Below, in pieces: positions 28,167-35,044 of a stretch of 35,044 bases of DNA. The stretch lies in contig USJB01000001.1 of assembly GCA_900554905.1 (NCBI GenBank), positions 1 to 35,044 of the forward strand, read 5' to 3'. How positions within the stretch are numbered: position 1 is the first letter of the stretch; each line of letters begins with the position of its first letter. Below the pieces are notes generated by a model, which made no database searches, was not told the origin of the DNA, and saw nothing but the letters and a program-made list of their open reading frames with translations. The position numbers and the translations under genes are program-made. The DNA is from an uncultured Collinsella sp. (GTDB lineage: Bacteria; Actinomycetota; Coriobacteriia; Coriobacteriales; Coriobacteriaceae).

Positions 28167-28931
28167 GTGATTAAAGCGGAGCGACAGGATAAGGTTCGGC
28201 AGCTGCTCGAGGAACAGGGAACGGTCTCGGTCAAGGAGATTTCGGATGCGTTAGGTGTCTCGGATATGACGATCCGCCGTGACCTTGAGGAACTTGCGAG
28301 CCTGGGCGAGATCGAGCGCGTGCACGGCGGCGCCCGTAGTGCACAGGGACGTCCCCACGCTATGTTGCGCCATGAGTATTCGCACAGCGAAAAGCGCACT
28401 AAGCATGCCGAGGAAAAGCTGCAGATCGCGCGCCGAGCCGTTGAGCTCATCGAGGAGGGCTCGACCATCTTTTTGGGTACGGGCACCACGGTTGAGCAGA
28501 TGGCCTCGATGCTGCCGGCGTGCCGCCTGCGCATCGTGACTAACTCGCTTTCGGTCTTTAACCTGCTCGAGGCGCGCGAGGACTGCGACCTGTGCCTCGT
28601 GGGCGGTATGTACCGTCGCCGCACTGCCGCTTTTGTGGGGCCAACGGCCGAGGATACCCTGCGTGCGCTGGGCATCGACGCGGCGTTTATCGGTGCCAAC
28701 GGCATCTTGGACGGTGACGTATCTACGTCCAACATGGACGAGGGCCGTATCCAGCAGCTCGCCTTTAGCAAGGCCGACTCGCGCTATCTGATCGCCGACT
28801 CCAGCAAGATCGGCAAGCGCGACTTCTACACCTTCTGCCGCCTGGACAATTTGGACGCCGTGGTGTGCGAGCCGGGTATTGCCGCCGAGGATCGCGCCGC
28901 CATCGAGGAACACACGCAGGTCATTTGCTAG
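28167..28931 (+). CDS. lacR: DeoR family regulator (LacR-like)
   Basis: GVSDMTIRRDL, RVHGGA, IFLGTGTT, IVTNSL, ADSSKIG...FYTF. Confidence 0.9.
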   Translation: MIKAERQDKVRQLLEEQGTVSVKEISDALGVSDMTIRRDLEELASLGEIERVHGGARSAQGRPHAMLRHEYSHSEKRTKHAEEKLQIARRAVELIEEGSTIFLGTGTTVEQMASMLPACRLRIVTNSLSVFNLLEAREDCDLCLVGGMYRRRTAAFVGPTAEDTLRALGIDAAFIGANGILDGDVSTSNMDEGRIQQLAFSKADSRYLIADSSKIGKRDFYTFCRLDNLDAVVCEPGIAAEDRAAIEEHTQVIC

Positions 28932-29039
28932 CTAGCGCTGCAGGCGATACTTCTGCCCCCTGCCGGCGTGGGGATTACCGCTTCACGCTGACGCGTAAAT
29001 AACTTTGGGCAACAAGGATGAGGCTATTCTGGGATATGA

Positions 29040-30272
29040 CTAGACTCCGTATTTCGTCTTTATGTCCCTTGAGAATGAATCGTAGTCTTCATAGAGCCCC
29101 TCTCTGCTTTCATCCTCGGCGTGGTTTACACGTTCAAGGAGCTTATCCTTTGGAGTCTCTTTTGTTATTGCGGCCTCGCTATCGGGTAATGTGGATTGCA
29201 AGAATAGTTCTAGAGCATGGACGTCTTTGAGTATGTAGCCCGTCGAACGACCCGCTCCTGTTTTTTCGATTGCGCTGCAACTAACAAGCTGACCGAGGGT
29301 TCGTTTAACGGTAACCTCGCTGATATCGGGGCAGTTGGATCGGATGTCGGATTTCTTAATGACGCCGGGTCTCTGTTGAAATAGAACAGCGATGCGCGCT
29401 TGCTTCGACATGGGACGAGTGCTTGATTCAATTAAGGTACGCTGCTCGAGCTGTCGGTAGGCGGCCAGGGTTGTTCCGAGCATGAAACGGATAAAGGGTA
29501 CTTCGGTGTTTTGATTTTCATTCCATCCAGCGGAGTTTGCAGCGAGGGCGTTGTAGTAGAGCGCCTTGTTGTCTTCAATAAGTCGTTCGATGCTGATGTA
29601 ACGCGCAACGTCGTATCCAGTCTTTTCGAGTAGCAGCGTTGTAAGGAGCCGGCTCATCCTGCCATTGCCATCGTTGAAGGGATGAATGCTGACAAAATCG
29701 AAGATGAAGCGGAATGATATAAGGAGGGGGTCGCAAACTTGACGAGATAAGGCGTCGTTGAGGGACCGACAGGCTTCTTCGATAAGTCCGGGGGTTGCTA
29801 GGGCCGAAGGCGGCCTAAAGCGCACAAATCGATTGCCTTGATCGTCGATGGAGATGATTTCGTTATCGCTATCTTTCCAATGGCCCCCATACGAGATTGC
29901 TGTGTGTACCATGAGGTCACGATGCAACTGCAGAATGACCGATGGCGTTACGGGAATGGAATCGTGTTGCTCGTGAATAAGCGACAGTACATCTCGGTAT
30001 CCAGCGATTTCTTCCTCTGCGCGGGAGCTTGGCTTGGCGGAATACGCCATGATTGCTTTGAGTCTTTTTTGGGTGGTAACAATTCCTTCAAGTCCGTTGG
30101 AGGATTGGGTGCTTTGGATCTTAGCTTCCTCCATAAGGGACGATAGAAGTTCGGGTTTGACTTGACTCAGAGCAAGCTGTCGGCCTTTATGCTCGCGTAT
30201 CGAGAGGAGGAGGTTGGTGATTGGAGTTGCTTCGAGTTCCGCTGGGACTGTGGCGTAATTAAACCGGCGCAT
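29040..30272 (-). CDS. Fic family protein with C-terminal wHTH-like domain and extra tail
   Basis: STQSSNGLEG (resembles the (S/T)xxxE(G/N) inhibitory motif), HPFNDGNGRMSR Fic motif, ISEVTVKRTL...G.GRST.Y; visibly more AT-rich than its neighbours. Confidence 0.93.
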   Translation of the reverse strand: MRRFNYATVPAELEATPITNLLLSIREHKGRQLALSQVKPELLSSLMEEAKIQSTQSSNGLEGIVTTQKRLKAIMAYSAKPSSRAEEEIAGYRDVLSLIHEQHDSIPVTPSVILQLHRDLMVHTAISYGGHWKDSDNEIISIDDQGNRFVRFRPPSALATPGLIEEACRSLNDALSRQVCDPLLISFRFIFDFVSIHPFNDGNGRMSRLLTTLLLEKTGYDVARYISIERLIEDNKALYYNALAANSAGWNENQNTEVPFIRFMLGTTLAAYRQLEQRTLIESSTRPMSKQARIAVLFQQRPGVIKKSDIRSNCPDISEVTVKRTLGQLVSCSAIEKTGAGRSTGYILKDVHALELFLQSTLPDSEAAITKETPKDKLLERVNHAEDESREGLYEDYDSFSRDIKTKYGV

Positions 30273-30280
30273 ATGGCTCC

Positions 30281-30355
30281 TTTCAGTATCACGAACATAT
30301 TTTCGGTATCATAATAACATGAAATGATACCGAAAGTATGTTCGTGATACTGAAA
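30281..30355. promoter_or_regulatory. 32-bp inverted repeat with four TTTCRGTATCA boxes around the fic promoter
   Basis: 30281-30312 versus 30324-30355, one mismatch; minus-strand TGtTATTAT extended -10 in the centre. Confidence 0.85.
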
Positions 30356-30410
30356 ACAAGGAAAGAGGCGCGCTTCACAGCTGCTTGGAAAGCGCGGATT
30401 TGACTATCCA

Positions 30411-30634
30411 ATTGTCTCAATCAGTAACGGTTGGGACCGAAAAACTCGGCCAAACGTTACAGATTGAGATTGTTTGGATTGGTTCGAACGTTTGTCTCGA
30501 TCTGTAACAGTTAGACGGTTAAAAGTGGGCTACGTGTTACAGATTGAGATATTTCTGCCCGGGCGTTCTGTTTGTCTTGATCTGTAACAGCTAGGGCCGA
30601 AAATCCCTGCTAGATGTTACAAATCGAGACAAAC
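30411..30634. repeat. Array of six alternating inverted ~17-bp motifs with 80-bp period
   Basis: TTGTCTYRATCWGTAAC at 30412, 30492, 30572; reverse copies GTTACARATYGAGAY at 30456, 30536, 30616. Confidence 0.93.
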
Positions 30635-30658
30635 GGCCTGCTCGGGTCGAGCCAAAAC

Positions 30659-30700
30659 AAAAAAGCCGCATGCGAACCCGTGGAGGGATTCGCATGCGGC
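30659..30700 (-). terminator. lacG terminator
   Basis: AAAAAA-GCCGCATGCGAA...TTCGCATGCGGC. Confidence 0.8.
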
Positions 30701-30723
30701 CGACAGGGGGTATGCGGCTTGAA

Positions 30724-32145
30724 TTAGGCCATGAGCAGGCCGGTCTCCGCGACGTTCTTGTACCAGTACGCGCTCGCCTTGGGATAGCGCTTCTGGGTCT
30801 CGAAGTCGATGTAGAACAGGCCGTAGCGCTTGTTGTAGCCGTTGGTCCAGGAGAACTGGTCCTGCAGCGACCACACAAAGTAACCGTCGACGTTTACGCC
30901 GCCGTCGATTGCCTTGAGGATCCATGCGAGATGCTGGCGCATGTAGTCGATACGAGGGGCGTCGTCGATAAAGCCATCCTCGAAGTCGTCCTTATAGCCC
31001 ATGCCGTTCTCGGTGATGTAGATCTTCTTGTAGTTGGGGTAATCGTTCTTAATGCGGAGCAGCAGGTCGTAGAGGCCCTCGGGATAGATGATCCAGTCCC
31101 AATCGGTGGTGGGTACGCCTTCGCGCACGCATGACTCGCCCACGCCCTTGAGGAACCAGCGCGAGGAGCCCTTGTCGCCGGTGCCATTGTGGTTGATGTC
31201 GTTTTCGCCCTCGGCGGCACGCAGGAACTGGCACTTGTAGGTGTTGACGCCCAGGCAATCGTTGTAGGGGAGCGCGGCGGTCAGCGCGGCGATGTCCTCG
31301 TCGCGGACGTCGAGCTCGCCGCCGGCGATATGGGCCAGCTTGGTCGCAGCCTCCATGGTGTCGGCTGCATAGTGGCCGCGGAAGGTGGCGTCGAGTACCC
31401 AGCGGTTGTTGATGACGTCGGCCATGCGGGCGGCCTCGCAGTCGGCGGCGTTGTTGGGGTCGAGGGGATACTTGGGCTCCAGGTTCTGGACAATGCCGAT
31501 CTCGCCCTCAAAGCCGCCCTCATGGAAGGCGACGACAGCCTTGGCGTGGGCCACCATCATGTTGTGCATGAGCTGGAAGGCCTTGTCCAGGCGGTACTTC
31601 TCGCCGTGCGGCCAGTTGCCGACGATAAAGCTGCCCTCGGCGGTCGCGGGGATCTCGTTAAAGGTAAACCAGTGCTTGACCTCGGTGAACTCGGCAAAGC
31701 AGAACTTGGCGTACTCGACAAAGGCGTCGATCGTCGTGCGCGTCAAGAAGCCCTCGCCGCCGTTCTGGTAAAAGGCCTCGGGCGTATCGAAGTGATCGAG
31801 CGTGACATAGGGGATAACGCCGGCTTTGTTGCAGGTGGCAAAGAGCTCGTGATAGAAGGCGACACCCTCGGGGTTGATCTCGCCGGTGCCACTGGGGAAG
31901 ATACGGCTCCAAGCGATGGAGACGCGAATGCCGTTAATGCCGAAGCGCTGGCACAGGTCAATATCGACCGGGTACTTGTTGTAGAAATCGCTTGCGGGGT
32001 CGGGGGAGAAGCGACCCTGAGCAGCCAGGAAATCGTCCCAGGGCACTTTGCCCTTGCCGTGCGTGCGGGTCTCGCCCTCAACCTGGTAAGCGGCGGTGGC
32101 GCCGCCAAACACAAAGCCGTCGGGGAACTGCATGGGGTTGGTCAT
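30724..32145 (-). CDS. lacG: 6-phospho-beta-galactosidase (GH1)
   Basis: GGATAAYQVEG, TFNE acid/base, ITENG nucleophile, HNGTGDKGSS, SWTNGYNKRYG. Confidence 0.95.
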   Translation of the reverse strand: MTNPMQFPDGFVFGGATAAYQVEGETRTHGKGKVPWDDFLAAQGRFSPDPASDFYNKYPVDIDLCQRFGINGIRVSIAWSRIFPSGTGEINPEGVAFYHELFATCNKAGVIPYVTLDHFDTPEAFYQNGGEGFLTRTTIDAFVEYAKFCFAEFTEVKHWFTFNEIPATAEGSFIVGNWPHGEKYRLDKAFQLMHNMMVAHAKAVVAFHEGGFEGEIGIVQNLEPKYPLDPNNAADCEAARMADVINNRWVLDATFRGHYAADTMEAATKLAHIAGGELDVRDEDIAALTAALPYNDCLGVNTYKCQFLRAAEGENDINHNGTGDKGSSRWFLKGVGESCVREGVPTTDWDWIIYPEGLYDLLLRIKNDYPNYKKIYITENGMGYKDDFEDGFIDDAPRIDYMRQHLAWILKAIDGGVNVDGYFVWSLQDQFSWTNGYNKRYGLFYIDFETQKRYPKASAYWYKNVAETGLLMA

Positions 32146-32219
32146 GAGTCATCCTTTCTGTGGGATACGAATAGGGAGAGGTGCCCGAACTGGGGATCCG
32201 GGCACCAACAGAGGGGGAA

Positions 32220-33998
32220 CTAGTCGAGGTTCTCGCGGAGCCACTTGATGGCGCCAGCGGGGTCGCGGGTAAGGTCGATATATTCCTTACCGCGGGGAGC
32301 GAGCAGCTTAATGCCCAGGCGATCGGTGTCGGCCTTCATGTCGTTGTAGTAGCTACGAACCTGCGGGGCAAGCACGATAACGTCGTACTGATCCATGATG
32401 GCAGTGTGCTGACCATAGGCGCCTGCGGAGGAAGCGATGTTCTCTCCGGTCTGCGCGGCACCTTCCTTGATGGCGTTGGCAAGCATGGCAGAGGTGCCGG
32501 CACCGGCGCACAGGACGAGGACCTTCAGGCCGTCGACATCCTTCTTAGCGGATGCGTCGGCGGCAGGCTCGGGCTGATCGGCGACAGGCTTGCTGTCGGC
32601 GGCAGCGGCGGTCGTCTCGACGGAAGCGGTGGTCTGCTCGACAGCGGGCGCAGGGGCGTTGGCGGCGATGGCAGCGGCACCATTGGACTCGAGACCCAGC
32701 TCGGCGGCTCGCTCGGCCTCCTGGTCGCAGAGCAGCTTATCGTATGCCTTCAAGAACGGCAGGTAGATGATGGCGTCCAGCAAGATGATGATCGCGACAA
32801 ATACCAGGGCGATAAGCTGGAAGTTCGTGGTGATGAAGATGCCGATGGGGGCAGGGGTAGCCCAAGGCACCACGAAGGAGAAGCCGTTCATGCCCACGTT
32901 ATCGATAAAGAACTTGGCAACACTCACGTTGACGCAGCCGGCGGCAACAAAGGGGATGAGCATGTAGGGGTTAAGGATCATCGGCGCGCCAAAGAGCAGC
33001 GGCTCGTTGACAGCAAAGGCAACAGGAACAATCGAGGCCTTACCGACGGCTTTGAGCTGCTTGGACTTCATAAAGAGAATCAGCAGAAGCGGCACGATGA
33101 AGGTGGCGCCGGTGCCGCCGAACTCACCCACGAGCGACATGTTAAAGGTGAGGGAGTGGGCGGGGTGGCCACCGGCCAGCAGAACCTGCAGGTTCTCGGC
33201 CTGGTTGGCAAGACGGATGGGGTCGATGCCCGGCTGGACGATCGAGGGGCCGTGGACACCGATGAACCAGAAGAACGCGGTGGCTGCCTGGATAAGGATA
33301 AGGCCAGGATAGGTTTCTGCTGCAGTGAAGAGCGGGGAGAGCAGCTTGATGAGCAGCTCGGAGAACGGAACGCCCATGAGGTTGCGCACGACGACATCGA
33401 TGATGCCGCAGATGATGACGGCGCCGCCAAAGGGGATGATGTCGCGGAAGTTCTGAGCGATGGCGCCCGGGACCTCCTTGGGCAGCTTAATGGTCAGATC
33501 GCGCGAGACGCAGAATTTGTAGACCCACACGGTAATGAACGCGGCGATATAGGCCGAGAACAGACCGCGCGTACCCATGCTGGTGCAATCGAAGACCGAA
33601 AGCTCGGAGCCGTCGAACTTGGTGGTGAACTGCGTAACGGCGAGCAAAAGCATGCTGCACTGGGCGGCCACCATGGTGGAACCGTCGTTGAGCACTTTGC
33701 CGGCGGGCATGCGACGGTTCATGGATGCCGTGAAGTTCTTGGCGGTGGTGCCGGCAACCATGATGCCCATGACGCCCATGGTGAAGTTGTACAGCTTGTT
33801 GCACCAGTCGATGAGCGGCTGGGGCAGCGTGATGCCAACTACGCCAGGAAGGGTGGCGATCAACAGAAAGATCGAAGAGGTGAGGACGATGGGCATGCAC
33901 CCAAGGAATCCGTCCTTAATGGCCTGGAGGTAGACGTTCCTCGAGATCTTCTCAAAGAACGGTTGATGCTTTTCGAGCATCTTTACGATGGCGTCCAT
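32220..33998 (-). CDS. lacE: PTS lactose-specific EIICB
   Basis: PFFEKISRNVYLQAIKDGF, FWFIGVHGPSIV, VNEPLLFGAP, VLVLCAGAGTS phospho-Cys. Confidence 0.95.
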   Translation of the reverse strand: MDAIVKMLEKHQPFFEKISRNVYLQAIKDGFLGCMPIVLTSSIFLLIATLPGVVGITLPQPLIDWCNKLYNFTMGVMGIMVAGTTAKNFTASMNRRMPAGKVLNDGSTMVAAQCSMLLLAVTQFTTKFDGSELSVFDCTSMGTRGLFSAYIAAFITVWVYKFCVSRDLTIKLPKEVPGAIAQNFRDIIPFGGAVIICGIIDVVVRNLMGVPFSELLIKLLSPLFTAAETYPGLILIQAATAFFWFIGVHGPSIVQPGIDPIRLANQAENLQVLLAGGHPAHSLTFNMSLVGEFGGTGATFIVPLLLILFMKSKQLKAVGKASIVPVAFAVNEPLLFGAPMILNPYMLIPFVAAGCVNVSVAKFFIDNVGMNGFSFVVPWATPAPIGIFITTNFQLIALVFVAIIILLDAIIYLPFLKAYDKLLCDQEAERAAELGLESNGAAAIAANAPAPAVEQTTASVETTAAAADSKPVADQPEPAADASAKKDVDGLKVLVLCAGAGTSAMLANAIKEGAAQTGENIASSAGAYGQHTAIMDQYDVIVLAPQVRSYYNDMKADTDRLGIKLLAPRGKEYIDLTRDPAGAIKWLRENLD

Positions 33999-34094
33999 AG
34001 AGCTCCTTTGCTACTTGATGCGCGATGCATGTGGATGGAACTGGTCGTCGATGGATGGTCAGGACTGCCCGGAAACCTTCCTGCTTAAGGAAGG

Positions 34095-34142
34095 CATTGC
34101 GAAATGACAACGTTGTCATTTCGCAATGACAACGTAAGACAT
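34095..34142. promoter_or_regulatory. LacI-family operator(s)
   Basis: Perfect 34-bp palindrome CATTGCGAAATGACAAC|GTTGTCATTTCGCAATG (34095-34128) plus overlapping degenerate copy AATGACAACGTAAGACAT. Confidence 0.85.
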
Positions 34143-34280
34143 TTTTGGAAGAGCAACAAGGATTTACGGGTGAGCGGTCGATATTGTCCGGTAAACGGTT
34201 GATTTATCAGTCAGGCAGGTAGTGTATGCTAGAACGCAAAAACAAGCGATGTAAAACCGACTGGAGAAGCAGTGGCAACG

Positions 34281-35044
34281 ATGGACAAGAAAAATGTCTC
34301 AATGAACGATGTGGCAGTTGCCGCGGGTGTTTCTCTCAAGACGGTGTCGCGCGTGATCAACGAGCCCGATAGCGTGCGAGAGTCGACACGCGATAAGGTC
34401 CATGCGGCCATGGAGGCGCTCGGGTTTCGAACCAACTTTGCCGCGCGTTCGCTCAAGTTGGGCCGTTACGGGTGCATCGGCGTGGTGATGTTTCACTTGT
34501 CGGGCGGCGCCGTGGACATGATTGACGGTATCGCCGATGCCGCCGAAGAGCGAGGCTTTGCTCTCACGATGATCAAAAAGCGCGCTGGGGAGAAGATGAC
34601 CCTTGCCGATGCGGCGCGCAGGATGTCGCAGCTTCCCGTCGACGGCATGATCTTCAACCTGCGTCAGATGGTCGATGACTTTGATACCTTTGAGGCGCCG
34701 AAAGACCTCAAGACGGTGATTATCACGCCGATGGAACATCCTACCTGCTCTACCGTTAGTGACGACCAAGAGGGCGGCGCGCGCATGGCGTGCGAGTACT
34801 TCTTGGATCATGGTCACAAGAACGTGTATTTCGTTTCGGGTAAGAAAGAGTCGCTGTCGAGCCAGTGCCGTATGAAAGGTTGGCGAGCGGCGCTCGAGGC
34901 GCGTGGCATTGAGCCGCCCGAGCCTCTGCAAGGCGATTGGAATGCGGATAGTGGCTATGCCGCGGGCCTTGTGCTTGCCGATAAACCCGATTGCACGGCG
35001 GTCCTCGCTGCTAACGACTGCATGGCAAACGGCGTGATGATGGC
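34281..35044 (+). CDS. LacI family transcriptional regulator (runs off window; absent from ORF track)
   Basis: MDKKNVSMNDVAVAAGVSLKTVSRVIN...N.AARSL HTH; alternative GTG start at 34272. Confidence 0.93.
   Translation, partial: MDKKNVSMNDVAVAAGVSLKTVSRVINEPDSVRESTRDKVHAAMEALGFRTNFAARSLKLGRYGCIGVVMFHLSGGAVDMIDGIADAAEERGFALTMIKKRAGEKMTLADAARRMSQLPVDGMIFNLRQMVDDFDTFEAPKDLKTVIITPMEHPTCSTVSDDQEGGARMACEYFLDHGHKNVYFVSGKKESLSSQCRMKGWRAALEARGIEPPEPLQGDWNADSGYAAGLVLADKPDCTAVLAANDCMANGVMM

Noticed and set aside
30411..30634. CRISPR array
   Set aside because: Repeats alternate in orientation, are only ~17 bp and degenerate, spacers resemble each other, and no cas genes are present.
31790..31805. LacG TLDHFD instead of TLHHFD
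   Set aside because: The change is at a variable position; the conserved His and both catalytic glutamates are intact.
32181..34088. Long antisense ORFs (e.g. 635 aa here, 434 aa at 26758, 413 aa at 1919)
   Set aside because: Shadow frames of high-GC genes on the opposite strand, with no recognisable motifs.

Overview
GC-rich chromosomal window, most likely from a Coriobacteriaceae (Collinsella-like) gut actinobacterium; this is inferred from GC content, codon style and gene content. Left third (1-14 kb): housekeeping run tmk-holB-ricT(PSP1)-comF, then a DUF559/Vsr-like gene followed by a long inverted-repeat element. After that come a ~265-nt raiA-motif ncRNA missed by the ORF track, a substrate-binding lipoprotein, hpf/raiA, DegV, a beta-hydroxyacid dehydrogenase with a His/Cys tail, a HEAT-like protein, an isocitrate/isopropylmalate dehydrogenase and a SurA/PrsA-like protein. 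Middle and right (15-35 kb): a galactosamine/galactose/lactose catabolism region. It holds a mannose-family PTS (IIA-yajC-IIB-IIC-IID), GntR, agaS, nagA/agaA, flavodoxin, lacX, lacC, yhcH, tRNA-Thr(CGT), a second EIIB lacking the phospho-His, galM, DeoR/LacR, a lower-GC fic gene, lacG, lacE and a truncated LacI regulator. Most notable non-coding structure: the raiA RNA; an array of six alternating inverted motifs with exact 80-bp period next to fic; two long inverted-repeat elements; a 32-bp four-box inverted repeat at the fic promoter; a relic copy of the nagA 3' end; and operator-like motifs shared between the sugar promoters. No CRISPR array, transposase or integrase was seen.
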